Shown here: piece after piece, positions 33,598 through 48,965 of the stretch
Position numbering within the stretch: the stretch's first letter is position 1
Layout of the letters: the number at the start of each line of letters is the position of its first letter
Assembly (NCBI GenBank): GCA_002269645.1
Contig: NIVC01000269.1
Location: forward strand, 186,001-250,000
Direction: 5' to 3'
Origin: Macrostomum lignano
Lineage: Eukaryota
DNA length: 64,000 nt
The notes under the pieces: model-generated
Seen by the model: the letters and a program-made list of their open reading frames with translations, nothing else
Databases searched by the model: none
What the model was told of the DNA's origin: nothing
Position numbers and translations under genes: made by a program

Positions 33598-35571
33598 GGG
33601 AACGCACTGTTGTCTAAAACCTAACACACAGGGAATTAATTTCCACCTATACTCAGCAACAGTCAAAAGTTCGACAACTTTTCACTCACAATTCAACCCT
33701 CAAGTTACGCAACTAAGCCGACCGCGAGAAAGGGAAAGTTAATTGAATCAATAATAAACGTCAGTCCCACAAAACAAATCATTTTCTATGCAATATACAG
33801 TTAGAATCACGATGCTTAATAACGCGTGTGGGATCCCCTCGCACGCAGAAGTGCGGCGACTCGGCGGGGCATTCCCAGGTTGACACGGCGCAGAAAGTCC
33901 TGGGGAAGCTGCTGCCAAGCGTTTTCAATGGCAGGACGCAGCTCCGCAACATTCTATGGTGGAATTTATGGTGGATCTCAAATTCTGCGTTTTACGAAGT
34001 CCCCGACATCCTCGATGGGATTGGTGTCTGGGGGCCCGGAAGTGCAGAGTGCCGTAAGTTGCGTCATCGCAAACCCAATAAGTGAGAAAAAGAAATCTCG
34101 CTTGGAGGGTGGAACTTTTGACTGTCGCGGAGTATTTATTATTTTTATCAACTGAAAGTCTGTTACTTGGTTAAGTTACTTAGTTAATTATTAGAATTCT
34201 CTTGGACAAACTTTTGTTTTAACGAAGCCACGTTTATCACACCGGCTGTCGTGCACCAACGAAAAACGAACGTGTACACATGCATACAGTAATACCGTTC
34301 AGCAAAACAAAGTTGAATGTTCAAATTCTAATTTAAATCGGTATCAAATTTTATTGAGTTGAAGTTTACGCAATGATAATAAAAGACTACGAATACATAC
34401 GACCTGTACGCATATAGATTTTTCAAAATGGCTTCATTAAAAATCTAAATTGGTCATGAAAATACATGTTCATATGCAAAGTATTTTAAAAGTAAAAATG
34501 ACTCGGAAAAGAGCGACCACTGCAGGGTAGGTTGGTGGGCCTAACATTAACATACCAGATTCATGAGAATTGTTAAATACTCGTTCGTATATGCATATAT
34601 AGAGAGTAAAAATAAGCTTAGTTTTTTCATTTGCGATTCTAATGATCTTCACAAGTTTGTTCAACTTTAAACAAATTAAAAAAAAAATACATGTATTCGC
34701 AGACGTTCTTCTCAGGACGTGTCCATTAAGTTTTTTTACCGATATTATACTCTGATAGCCCATCAAAAAGCATTTAAGAAAACTTGTTTTTATATTTAAT
34801 CAACTTATAGCTGCATGTGTTTGCCTTTAACTCACGGATTGCCAAAAACCCAAGATTCAGTTTCAGGAGCGTGGCTAAGCCTATACACACTAGTGTATCA
34901 AAATTACGCTCGTATCAAAAAAAAGCAGCAGATAAAGAGAGAGAAAGTAATACAGTGAATTTCTATACTTATCGAGTAGGATAATTAGATTTTCTTTTCA
35001 ACAAAAAAACTCAACATCATGCGATCCGACTAGAAAAGTTAATTTACTCGTGTAGTTTGCAGGAACTGAAGCAAGTCACGCGTGTCAGGTAGCTACAATA
35101 CGATTTCTAGCACACTGTAATAAACCAAAATTAACACAATAAATATACTAGCATTACCATCGAAGCACTTATCAAATATTAAAATATCACCGCTCATTTC
35201 TAGGAAAATACTTTTCGTTCATATGATTAAAACACAAATTTTCGTTGAACATATCTATAAAAAAATATATTCTAATCTTGGCTATAAAAAGTTAATCTTG
35301 GCTTAAGTCAACATTATGGAACTAGTCCCACAAAGCTTGTAGCCAGGGCACGGAGACAATATGGCGCCCCCTTGCAGTAGCTAAAACTTTGTTTTAGTTG
35401 CTGCTAAAATTTAAATTATTTTATAGCTCTTACCTTAAATTTATACAACCAAAAACATCGAAGCCTATTAGCTTCTCTGAAAGCAACCCATTGCCGCTAG
35501 TTTAGTAGCAACTGCAGTTGGTGACAAAAAGGGCAATTATTTGATAACAGAACTCATGGCTATGGTCATAC

Positions 35572-38500
35572 TCAGACAGATCCTTCAGGATAGATAATCC
35601 GAGGTGCCAGGCAGCTCCTGTCAGTTGGCTGTGGCGACGCGGGCATGGCCAAACTGCTGCCGCCTCCGCTGCTGCCAACCCCGCCGAGCTCGATGGATTC
35701 TGGCAGCGCGGACATCGGGCTGGGGAGCCCAATGCCTTGGCCGAGAAATGATGATTGCTGCAGCTGTTGATGCTGTTGCAGCTGTTGCTGGTGCAGATGA
35801 TGATGCTGATGGTGCAGCAGCGGATGCAAGGCTTGCAGGTTGGACTGTCGAGACATGGAAGCGGCTGCAGCCGCCGCGGTGGAGGGGCAGAGAGCGCACG
35901 AGAGGTCCTCGTCTGAGCAGCCGCGTCCGCTGTCCGATCGATTGCCGTCGGCGCCGGGTCCAGCTGTGGCCGCGGCGGCACCGGACGAGGCCGAGGATCC
36001 GGTGGCGGTGCCCGAGGAGGCTGGGATCGCCTGGCGGTGCCTGTACAGACTGGCCATGTCTTGGACGATGAACGGCCTGCCGCCGCACTGGAAGGTTCAA
36101 CGGATGATGACGATGCTTGGAATGAATTGAACTTGGAATTGTGGCGTCACTCATTTATAACAAACGTAATCTCTTTTCAAAGCTGAATATCAAATTACTT
36201 TACACAAACTGATAACATGCTACTGATAGCGACTGCAGAACCATGGGTTGTACTTTTTTAGTCATAAAATCCCGTGTCGATTAACCTAACTAGCAGTTAG
36301 GAGTTAGGAGTAGGTTTGGCAGTTTGGAAATGAAGACAATATTTCATTTTTTTGGATTCCTGTTGTGCAGAATTCTAAACTTCAAATCGTCCTCGTGCAT
36401 CGTATTTGCGATGAAGACTCACCCCCATAGTACTGCACAGGTGAGAATGATGCGAGCCAACATCGCAACTGGCCTCTGTCAGCGGCGTCTCCTGCTCGTA
36501 ATACCGTTGGTCCTCATCATCCGCGCCTTTGTTTCGGCCTCCAATGCTTGCGACGCCGCCGACACCCCTGCCGCCGTCCCGGCCACCTCTGCCGGCCCGG
36601 TAGGCGAGATCAAACAGGCCACCAGTGCACGACCGATTTATGCAAGCGACGGCTAAGATCAAAGCGACCGCCAATAGGGCCGATACTGAGGCCAGCGTGA
36701 TTATAATGACGACGTTGCGTCGAGTGTGTCGCTCTGTCAGACTTGCCGCAGTCTCATCCGACGCGATTGGCAAAGAGTTGTCGACATCGATGTAGATCAC
36801 CTGTTGAGAAATTAATTATAGACAAGAATTATAGACAAGCTATCTTCGCACGTTTTGTACTAGTTAGCAGACCATGCAAAATCGTCAGAAGTTTGGTATT
36901 AAGCAACTTTATTTGCGTTGATGAAGTTATAGTGACCTATTTAGAGTTAGAGTCAGGGGGCTGTGTCCACATTGGTGCACTTAAACCGACATTGTCGGTT
37001 TGCAGTCACCCAGGTCCCTCTCCCTGGGTGACTGCAATGGTAAAATGTCTATGGTCAAATCCTTCCATAGAGATACAGGATATTCTATAAAATATGGAAA
37101 CATTCTAGTACGAGCGTATGGCTTAGCTCCAATTCACTATCTTAAATACGAAATCCAGAGACAAGCTTATGAATCCAAGGTGTAAAATAGACGCTCTTTC
37201 TTATCATTGGCTACTGCTAGCAACAACGCCCCTTTCCCTAAACCCCTAGGAATATAGAAAATCTGGAAATCTCTGGATACTATTTTTTCTAGAACATACA
37301 CACGAGCTCGGGACACTCTAGTGCAATGACTTCGACAACATCGTCCCACAACCAGCGCTGACTCCTGAGCACATACAAGCGCGCCAATAATGTTTGCAGG
37401 CACGATTTTCTAATCGTCAGGCATGTAAACTCGCTGCACGACACACCCCACGGCCAATTCAATGCAAAAAAATTGAACCCGCGGTCGAGAGTCAGACGTT
37501 TTAACCTTTAATGTTGTCTGTTGTCTCTCCTATTCCTGCTTATTTTAATGCTCAATAGCTCACCCTGATATCGCTCCAGTTGTGTCGTCCGCCGCCAACC
37601 ACTTTGGCTATGATGGTATGCCTTCTCAGGTCCACAATGCCCAGCTCCCCGGCTACCCGAATGTCTCCGCTGCTCGAATCGATGCTGAACCTGGGCGGAA
37701 ACGTCTCCGGCGCGATCAACTTGTACACCATGCGAGCATTCGCGCCGACATCCGGGTCAAAGGCGCGCACTCGAATTACTAGCGCATTCTTCGGATGCGT
37801 GTAGATGCTGATGCGCACCGAGGTGCCATTTTCGGCTGGCAAAGAAATCCTTGGCGGCTCGTCGTCCTCGTCAATGATCATCACGACGACTTCCGCGTCA
37901 GTGTGTCGGGCCAGGCCGCCGGGTCCTTGGTCGGTGGCGCGGACGCGAAGCCGATGCTCGGGGCACTCCTCGCGATCGAAGCTCACTAGGGTGTAGAGAG
38001 ATCCGTCCTGGTCCAAGCGAAAGCTGGACGCTGTGGGACTCGACAGTAGAGTGAAGATCACTCGAGCGTTTTCACCTGTGTTTTTGGCAGGTTGAGAATA
38101 ATGATTCTGATATATTGGTAAGAACTGTCTGTACTCTTTGACATCTGATACGCATATTTTACTGCATGCGCTAATTCGAACAATGTAATCCTACACTACA
38201 GGACAATACTTGAAGTCTACCTAACAGTCTTACGTGCTGAAATCAAATTGTGGAACTAGTTGAGACTAAAATCTATAAGCTCACATGAATATCATGTGAT
38301 CGTTTCTGTTTGTCCCCTTTGAGACAAACTAATCGAAGGATGAAGGAATAATAAAGATATGTTGACAGTTTAGTGTTGTAACAGATTTTTTGCTTGACAT
38401 GCGAAAACTTCAGAAAAATTTCAGATTTGTCCACCAAGAGACAGGGACATCCACCAAGAGACAGGGACGCTAGATTTGTCCAACAGGAGACAGGGACACC

Positions 38501-41500
38501 CACCAAGAGACAGGGATGCCCACTAAGAGACAGGGACACCCACCAAGAGACAAGATACTAAATGTTGGTGTTCCTTAGGGTTGCAACCCCTCCAATTCCA
38601 ATTCCTTAGGTAGGCGGTCTTCAGTCTTGAAGTTAAACCCTGATAAAGCACAAAGGTTCATAATTGTTTTTGCGACTTTGTTAATTTTCGCTCCCTAAAA
38701 AGACTTTAAAAATGAGTAGGCTCATGCAAGCTACTAAGTTGAAAGTAGAGTGAAGGAGCTTTGCTATCCGAACACGAATGAACAATAATGAATAGCGTTA
38801 GAATATTTTGTGCCGAACTCATCGTCCCCAGCTCTCAGCCGTATTTTCCCACCATAGAAAGTTTAGAATAGTGCAGCTGAAACTCACCCAAATCAGCGTC
38901 TCTAACCGTCAATTGGCCCAGCTGTATCAACGCTTCGCTATTCTCTACAATAGAAAAGTGTCGAGCTCCGTAAAACTCCGGCGCATGATCGTTAGTGTCC
39001 AGTATCGACACCTTCACTGTGGCGGTCGTCGACATTGCCGGATTTCCGGCGTCAGCCGCCTCAACCAGAAGCTCGTATTTGTCGACGGACTCTCTATCCA
39101 GCAGGCTGGTGGTGGTCAAGCGGCCTGACGTCGGGTCCACCGCGAATGACACCTCCGAGGAGCTGCTAATTAGGCGATAGGTAATCCGGGCGTTCTCTCC
39201 TTCGTCTGCGTCCGTCGCCCATACATTGACGACTTCAACGCCTGGTCGACGATTTTCTTCCACTTGAGCAGCGATGCAACCGTAGCGATCCGCGTCTTTG
39301 AATACGGGAGCATTGTCGTTGATGTCTGTCACCTGAACGAGCGCCGTGTAGGTGCTTGTCAGGCTCGGATCTCCGGCGTCCCAGCAGGTCAGAGTACCGG
39401 TGACTCTCGGCTCGACCTCTCGGTCTATGGCTCTTTGAATCGCAATTTTGTAAACACCTGAAAATTCTACACTAGTAAATTGCAGAGCTGCTTGCTCTGA
39501 GTTGGCCGCACCGCGACAGGTCCACTGACCTCCGGGGCCAGTGTCTGGGTCCGACACGGAGACGAATCTCGGCGAAGCATCCCCGGGCAGTTCGTTCTCA
39601 GTTACGTAAAACGGCTTCGTGTCCGACTCTCGGTACCGGGGCGGGTTGTCGTTGCGGTCCAGCACTCTCAGGTGCACGGGCGCCGTGTCGTCAAAGTTAC
39701 CGTCGAATACGCGAACGGAGAACCGAAGTTCGGTTATTTTCTCATAGTCAAGAGGCTCCTCGGTCGTCAGCAGGCTGCCGTCGTCAGTTACGCGCAGGTG
39801 GCGACGTACATCCTCGGATGCTTCGGTCGGATCGAGACTGTAGCTGAGATTGTAGTGCAGGTCAAGATCGTCGGCTGTGAGCTGCGGATATTCATAAGCA
39901 AAGTTTTCTATTGGATTTTCTCGTATGTTTAGAAACGAAAAAGGCATTGTTGCGACACACCCACTCTCGGCCTAATCATATGCAGAAACGGCAATGTTAA
40001 AGACTGCAATAATTTCATAAATTAATTTAGTCCGGTGCGCTATAGATCATACTGGCTAGCGGGGAAGCTGATAGCCATAAGCCTTTGCTAAGCTAACCAA
40101 CTCCCAATGATTGATCGATGATAACTGAGGATTTAGCTACCTGGCTCTCATTGTTTGCGATATATCTCATTCCTATCTATCCAAATTGCCAATTATCGCT
40201 TCGCCAGATATTCCGTTCTGTTCCCCAATACAAGTCTTCATCTCTTTTCGTCTCTCCTCATCTCAAAAACTGCTGCGTGTAGAATCTATTTTTTAGTGGC
40301 GGTGAGACAGAGAGCTATTGGACTAGCTCTTCGCAATTATGTTTTCCGTGCCTGATTGGCTGACTCGCGAAATTATATTATTATATTAGACTAGAGGAAG
40401 GACGTGGCAGAAGAGGCTAGTTGATAAAAAAACTTAACTACTATATAAGGCGACTTATGGTGGCCGGTCTTACTGATGATTTTTTGACTTCCACATATGA
40501 GACCAGCTTGGGCTAGCCGACACGCGAGCAAGCCTCAGAGCCCAGAGCCCAAATGGCACGACGAAGGAAGGAAAGGGCCGGACTGAGAGAGATTTTAGAA
40601 GTTTGCGAGACGTGAATTCCGACTGGTATAACCCACCCCCGCTCCCTGCCGCCGGCTAGCTGAGGGCAAGCACTGGACTGAGTTGGACCAACTGACTGGC
40701 TGATGATGTAGAACGCGTCGCGGAGGCTGGGATTGCTCCATCTCGCCTGTCTAACGGTAGAAAAATATAACTTTAACCGGCCTGCCTTCCACTGGGGCCT
40801 ACCAAACTGTAGTTCACCTGACCCCCTTACTCCCCAACCCACCTACGCCTCGCTCCCAGCAGTGGAGCGCCATTGTGGAAACTGTCTCGGTAGCTTCTGT
40901 CAAAACCGCCCCCGGCCCTCATCGTCCTGCCCACCTCACCTGCATTTCCAACTGGCTGCAGAGAGGGGTGCAGCGGGGAGTAAAGGACTTCTAGGCGGCT
41001 ACTGGTGGGAAACAACGCTGAAAAAATAATAATTTTGCCAAGCCGGGGATGAGAAGCGCGCCCAACCAAGGCCTCTCCGGCTGCAAGTTGTACGTGTTTG
41101 GCGACTGCAGCTTTTTTGGAGGAGGCCAGCCTTGTTTATAGCTACCTACCTTTAGCGGTGTGGCATAACGCCGCCCTGAGCTGCTGCTCTATTTGGTATT
41201 CAGGACGGGAGAAAATGGAGAGATGAAAGAGGTAAGGCAGAAAAGGTACGCGACTATTCAGCAAGGAATCATCTCTCACATGCGGGGGTGACACTATGGA
41301 ATGGAGATGTAGGAAGAATCGGTACTGAGGAATCTGTGCTAGTCAAACTACTGGCATGGTAAACCGCGCCATACGCCGCCGGGGTTCGCTTCTCGCTCGT
41401 TTTCATTCACGTCAAAACAGCCTCAAGGGCGAACGGATGATTGATGAGCTGTCGGCATCAGCTCTCATTCTAGTTGGGACTGAATTGTGTGTCGGAATGA

Positions 41501-43948
41501 AGTTAAGCCTTTCTTTGGCTCTCAGACGTTTCTGTTAACCATTCAGCGTGTCAATATTGAATTTCCCGTAAATTACTTAGCCAAATGTGCCTACCTCAGT
41601 TAAAGCTACGGGGGCATGTCAAATCTTTGTCAGCTGTTTGCAGAATTTTACGAAGTACTTTACCTATGACCCAAAAATCTACTATTACACCTGTACCCCC
41701 CCTATGTGTAGGAGCGAACAAAGACTTAAATTACTAAACAGATGAGGCAGAGTAGTCCCACGTTAACCACCGCTTTGATATCAAAAGCCCCTCCGCTAAG
41801 AATGTAAATGAATATTTAATAGTCGCTACCGGCTCTGCTGACTCCTCTGGCACGTGCAGATATTGTATTCAGGCACGCACACGTACACTCGCTCACGCAG
41901 GGTGTACAGCTGCCCTGCTTTTCTAATCGTCTGGCATGCACGCTCTCTGATGATTTCAACGGGTTGCTGGCCTTTGTAGGTGTGAATTGAATAGTTGTGG
42001 TCGCGCAAGGAATCGATCGAACTGGGGCTCGTGGCATGATGGAGTCAGAGCAGCCCTCTGCCCTCTCCCTAAAGCCCCTATAAAATATTCAGCTGTATGA
42101 GAACCATGATATTTTATCTTTCTAGATCAGGAAGTTTTATAGCGTTGTGACAACATATCTTTCTTTTGGTCTTCCTACATACGGAAAATGCAGCTATCTC
42201 AAGTTTAAATAGTTTTGACACAATAACTATTGCTTAGAAACTCATCATTCTTACCTAGCCTCACGCAGCTTCACTCAGGGCTGTCCAAAACTGACCCAGT
42301 GAGTTTTAAACCGGAATCCCCAACATCAGTTTGGTAAATCCTTGATGCATCACTGCCAAATGCATGCGCAGCAATATTTCTGGCTAGGATTATTGAAGGG
42401 ATTTAGCGATTCTGGAGTTCTCGTATTTTTATTATTCGCAGAATAATCTCTTGGGCTTGAGCACGGGGGTATTGATTTAGAGGAGAAAAAACTCAAAAAC
42501 TTTATTACAACTCGCTTTCGTACGCCTGTACTCATCCTTGGGATGGCAATTTCATTCTGCTTTAAACAGCAGCTTTTAGTCGAGAGCTCAGAACAATCAA
42601 AACATTACCTGCTCTGCTTCTGGCGTGATGGATAAAGTGAAGTGGACTCGTTGAACCTCTTTGGGAATAGATGACAGTCTTATACGTGCAGGCTGTAGAC
42701 TACGCACCTGGTTATTGCTAGCGCACTTTCCATTGACTCAAGGGATTTTTTTCTGGGAAACAATTTGGCTTTTCTTTTGTTTGGGAAAATCCTTTGCTAT
42801 CGGAGGCTTCCTACCTGCGCGGGAAGAATTTCTTAGATCTGAGCTGGTAGCTCAAAGCATAAAAGAATTGCATGTAGAACAAATAAAAAATGTTTCATTA
42901 AGGAATCTTTAAATTATTAAATAGAAATGTTTTTTGACAGGAAGGAAGGTTGGAGATGAAAGGAAGATTAAGAATCGATCATCAAAGCCGCTTTGAATAC
43001 AAATTTGATTTGCAGTCTTACCTGCAAGATCAGTGTGCCATTGGGTTGATTCTCCGGTACGGAGACATTGTAGAATTTATTCCTGAACCTTGGACTGTTA
43101 TCGTTGACGTCTTTGATGGTAAGCCGGACGCGCGCCCGACCTTCCCGGCCGGGTCCGTCCCGAGCCAGCAGGTCGAACTGGTAGTATTGACGAGTTTCAG
43201 CGTCCAAGCCTTTCTGAATGAACAGATAAGGTTTGTCGATGTTGTCGGTTTTCAGAGTGAAGGTCGCCGCTGTCTCCTTGCTCAAACTGGCCGGATCGAA
43301 GCTGTAGCTGATGCTGCGAAACTCCTCAGAGAAGTCCCCGTCCGTGGCTACTGGCAGAGAAATTTTTCTAGACGAGCACGGCGTCGGTACTACAAAACAG
43401 ATCGACTCGTCGCACCCGATATCGAAGTACTCCCCGTCAATGCTGGGAAACTCTGGCGCGTGGTCGTTCCAATCGGTGACGTTTAAAGTGAACTGTAGCC
43501 GAGCAATTATTGGTTGGCGAATTTTCCGACGGTCGGCGACGTGTGGACGAACTAGAACAGCGAATTTGTGTCGGCCGACGCCGTGCAGGCAGTTGAACGC
43601 CCTGACGCACAGCTGTTCAAGATCGATCTTTGTGTGCAACCGAAGCCGACCTGTGCTTGCATCGACGTCCACATACGGATCCTGCTCGGCCATGGAATAC
43701 TCGGCTCTTGCCGTCGTGGATGGCTCGACGCTTTCGGAGGAATCAACGGCTAGAAGTCTGGACAGGCGGCCCGTCAGTCCAGTGAGATCCTGGGCAACGC
43801 CTAAGTCTAGCGGAGCGGTCTCTTCTTGAACTGTCAGACTGGCTGATAGAACTGTCAGGCTGGCGTGAACGTTGGTAGGGATTTTACAGGCGATAAAAGC
43901 CGCTAGGAGAAGCAGCGACGAAAGTTTCAAGTAGCTCAGGTGCGGCAT
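35572..43948 (-). CDS. delta1-type protocadherin (7 cadherin repeats, TM, CM1-like motif), 1108 aa
   Basis: Exons 43948-43022, 39881-38888, 38075-37564, 36800-36423, 36087-35572 join in frame (3327 nt). Signal peptide, EC1 IDLEQLC..C, repeated DxNDxxP and LDRE motifs, TM VVIIITLASVSALLAVALILAVACI, cytoplasmic DSGRGCSDED, His/Gln-rich tail. Confidence 0.88.
38427..38555. repeat. Short tandem repeat (CCACCAAGAGACAGGGAC-type), about 5 copies
   Basis: Directly visible in a protocadherin intron. Confidence 0.8.
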
Positions 43949-44010
43949 TTGGCTTCTTTCTTCTTTGAGCTGCAATTTGACGTTGTCGAGGGGATAGGGT
44001 TGCGTCAGAA

Positions 44011-44440
44011 TGATGTAACACTTAGACCTGCAGGATGTGTCTGATGCGCCTAAATGATGATACACTTAGACCTGCATGATGTGTCTGATGCGCCTAAATG
44101 ATGATACACTTAGACCTGCATGATGTGTCTGATGCGCCTAAATGATGATACACTTGGACCTGCATGATGTGTCTGATGTGCCTAAATGATGATACACTTG
44201 GACCTGCATGATGTGTCTGATGCGCCTAAATGATGATACACTTGGACCTGCATGATGTGTCTGATGCGCCTAAATGATGATACACTTGGACCTGCATGAT
44301 GTGTCTGATGCGCCTAAATGATGATACACTTAGACCTGCATGATGTGTCTGATGCGCCTAAGTGATGATACACTTAGACCTGCTTGATGTGTCTGATGCG
44401 CCTAAATGATGATACACTTAGACCTGTATAATGTCTGATG
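44011..44440. repeat. 44-bp tandem repeat (ACACTTAGACCTGCATGATGTGTCTGATGCGCCTAAATGATGAT), about 9 copies
   Basis: Period 44 (copies at 44018, 44062, 44106...). It lies just upstream of the protocadherin ATG. Confidence 0.95.
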
Positions 44441-46029
44441 ACTCAGCTGTGTCTTAAATTTTCACTACCGCCTTTATCTAATAGACTAATTTTCAGAACA
44501 AACAGAAGTCTCAATTCAGTAAAATAATCTGGCATAGTTTCCAAGAAATCCAGCTTCCCATAATAATACACAGACAGGTAAAGAGCAGGCTGTACTCAGA
44601 GTAGGTCCGAATCGATTTTACCTCGACCAGCCTCAAGCAAAATCCCGTTGGAAGGAGCTTAAAAACTAGAGAAGAAAAAAAATTAGTCAACAAGAATATG
44701 CATGTTCCAATACGCCTAGACTGAGGGAAGGATAAGTTTCACCAAATCCCCGAGTTGTCCCGTCTCCATTTCCTGATTGGTTTGTCGAGCAGCGAACGAT
44801 TTCTAGGAAACTGTAGACTTGAACCGAAGAAGCCCGTAGTACTGGAGAGCGGACAGACTCAAAGCTATATTTCCCCTAATAGTGATATCCATCTGCCGCA
44901 CTAGGGTGGCACAACAAAGAATGCAAAATTAGGGAGTGAAGCTGGTTGGGGCGTTGTGTTGGTGACATATTGCTATCCAAATATTGCTCATTATTCGAAG
45001 CGCGTAAATTTGCTCAGAACCGGCTCATTCATCATCTACACGCCAGCAGTGAGCATATGTTCCCTGGGGAGTTGGGACTGGTGGTTTTTTGTGGCTGTAG
45101 GAATCCTACTGACTGACTACCATTGCCCATCGAAACAGCATCTAGGCTCCTCTCCAAAGCTTCATCAAGCTGCAGGCATCGAGGCAGCGCTGTATCGAAA
45201 TAGAAATTTATGCCCGCCAAGCAAATATTCGGCGTTCCATCGCCGCTACAATTGCTTCATCATGCCCGCTAGGGAGCTCGGGGAGTTTTTTTCAATTTCG
45301 CCAGCAAGACGCCATTTCTGGACGACACTTTCAAGTGGCGGTGCCTCATGCTGCCACTTTTGTTAGCAGAAGTTGATGCTAGCAGCGGAGGTTGTTAGTG
45401 AAACCCCTATAGTTTTGGTCTTACTTTGATCTGAAAATCTTTTGTCGTTTTTTTCCAGTATCGTTTCTTTTCGATGGACAATTGAGGCTGCAAAATGTTT
45501 CTTTGATGTCGAAACTTGTGCAGGCGCAATTCCCAATGAAGTTACACGAAAATATTTCATGTGAAGACTCATAGAAGAATCACTTCAAAAAAGTAGTGCT
45601 TCGAACGCTATTAAAGTTACTGAACTCGAAAAAAGGGGAAAATGTAGCAATCCACTGATTGCGTCTTGAGTGGCATTATACACCCGTCTACAAGTGCCAA
45701 CTCGAGCTTCGAACGAATACTGTTTTTTCAATGCTTTCTCAATGCTTCAAACGGGTGCTTGAGGGGGGGGGTATTTAAACTAGCCAACTAATCTGCATAG
45801 TGTATTTATTAGAATATTACTCACTCTAGTATAATACCTGTCTACTGCACTCTCTTGACCTTCACGATTGCCTAATGTAATCAAGAAAACTGACTTCTTG
45901 GAGTGACTATTTGCGGAGCTCCGTTTGTAGAATGATGTGGTTTGCGTACTTTGGGATGGATATCCCTACTATAGATTAGACTTAGAGTAATTGAGACAAT
46001 TAGTTGACACAGTAAAGGTAAGATGGAGA

Positions 46030-46335
46030 GCATGAGGCATGGAGATTAGAGAAGGGATGAGAGGGATACCATTAGAGGGAGAGGGACAAGGGACAAGAAG
46101 GATATCATGAAAGAGGGAGATTAAAGAAGGGACGAGAGGTTAGAACATGAGACTGGGAGATTAGAGAAGGGACGAGAGAGAGAAAATGAGACAGGAGATT
46201 GATGGGCCGAGAGAGAGAGAAAATGAGACAGGATATTAGAGAAGGGACGAGAGGGAGAGCATGAGACTGGGAGATTAGAGAAGGGACGAGAGGGAGAGCA
46301 TGAGACAGGAGATTAGAGAAGGGACGAGAGGGATT
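46030..46335. repeat. Degenerate GA-rich repeat (GAGATTAGAGAAGGGACGAGAG core)
   Basis: Several imperfect copies. Confidence 0.7.
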
Positions 46336-47047
46336 TTAAAACTGCCCTGGTTAGAGACAAAAATAGAAACACGATAAACTAATCTCCCTTCTCAACTCCC
46401 TCACCAAATGCAAAGTATTGGTAATCTTACTCTTAGAGTACAAGTGGCTGTTTATCAGTCAGTTCCCAATTCGCTTACCGGTCAGATTATTCGTATAGAA
46501 CTAAATCGAACTGAGTCGAGCTTTAGAGAAGAGCAAGCGTCGATCTCTCCAGATGTCAGATGTAAGAACTGTCGCCCGGAGCCACGTGCTCAAACTCTTG
46601 TTCGACTCTCTTGGCGGCTCTTAGTCAGGTTAGGATAGAAGAGGGAGAGAAGCTGAGGGGAGAGGGGAGCAATGGAGAGATAAAAGAGTGAATGGATAGA
46701 AATCAGCTCCAGAAGCCATTGACTCAGGCCGTCTGAGAGCAAAGGAGAAGCTGCGTCCAGCTTTGACCGTTTGATTGCTCATTCCTATTGGCTGGTACCT
46801 GTTTGACCAATCAGATGCATTCTTTAGCCTGGATAGCGGCTGGATACGGTTTTTTGCGATTAAGATTCAATGCGTTCTGTTCTTGTCTGTTTTATTGTTT
46901 ATTAATTAGTCCATTGATATGTTGTCTGTCTTTGTGTCTCCGTGTCTTCGTGTGTTTGTGTCTTAGTATAAGTGTCTTGTGTGTCTTAGTGCCTTAGAGT
47001 CTCCGTCTGTGCTTGTGTCTTAGTGCCACTGAGACAGACAGTGGCTG

Positions 47048-47962
<915 letters not shown>

Positions 47963-48369
47963 CGCGTCCTGATGCACTCAGTTGATATCCCCAGAAGCCA
48001 GAAGTCCCAAATATTTACCGCATTTAATGCCGGGCAGCCGCCATTTCCATCATCAAAGTGGCATCAAATTTCCGCAGCAGCGTTGGCTATGCTGGTTTTT
48101 CTTCCACGGTTTCTGTTGAGCCCACACTGTAGTGGCCATAAAACAGCCAGCGGATGCTCATATTTCATACGGCGTTTGAAATTGAAATTACACAAAATTA
48201 TTATAGACCTGCGATGCTCAAATTTTAGAGAGTACGAGCTAGAAAGCGAGTAAAAAGTAGAGAAAATCGCAATGAGATTTTTTTATCCATCATAAGGCAA
48301 AAAGTTAATGAATCTTAGTGATGCAGTTAGAAATTTGGTTCATAAGATAAGAGATAGTAGAGAGAAAAT

Positions 48370-48965
48370 GAAGTAGAGAGGAGAGAACACAGGGGGAATA
48401 GTGTAGATGTGAGAGGGGGAAAATATAGGGAAGAGAGGAGAGGAGAGAGGAGAGAGGACAGAGGAGAGTGGAGAGGAGAGAGGAGAGGAGAGAGGAGAGA
48501 GGAGAGAGGACAGTGGAGAGAGAAGAGAGGAGAGTGGAGAGGAGAGAGGAAAGTGGAGAGTGGATAGAGGAGAGAGGAGAGAGGAGAGTGGAGAGAGAAG
48601 AGAGGAGAGTGGAGAGGAGAGAGGAGAGAGGAGAGAGGAGAGTGGATAGAGGAGAGAGGAGAGAGGAGAGTGGAGAGAGGTGAGAGGAGAGTGGAGAGAG
48701 GAGAGAGGAGAGTGGAGAGGAGAGAGGAGAGAGGAGAGAGGAGAGTGGATAGATGAGAGAGGAGAGTGGAGAGAAGAGAGGAGAGAGGAGAGTGGAGAGA
48801 GAAGAGAGGAGAGTGGAGAGGAGAGAGGAGAGAGGAGAGTGGAGAGAGGAGAGAGGAGAGTGGATAGAGGAGAGAGGAGAGAGGAGAGTGGAGAGAGGAG
48901 AGAGGAGAGTGGAGAGAGGAGAGTGGAGAGGAGAGAGGAGAGAGGAGAGTGGAGGGAGAAAGAGA
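48370..48965. repeat. (GAGAG)n/GAGTG purine-rich simple repeat
   Basis: Directly visible. Confidence 0.95.

Noticed and set aside
39950-40240. Cadherin-like words in the protocadherin intron (SGEAIIGNLDR*, FNIAVSAYD*)
   Set aside because: They contain stops, and the 43022/39881 join already gives a complete EC3 (GTLILQ-LTADDLD).
40520-40850. Possible decayed DIRS/Gypsy RT fragment (GLREILEV..., YNFNRPAFHWGLPNCSSP)
   Set aside because: The motif resemblance is weak and no YxDD was found; it cannot be supported without blastx.
45000-45570. Possible LTR-retrotransposon integrase remnants on the minus strand (RRWNAEYL, FRVTSLGIAPAQ)
   Set aside because: The matches are too short and fragmented.
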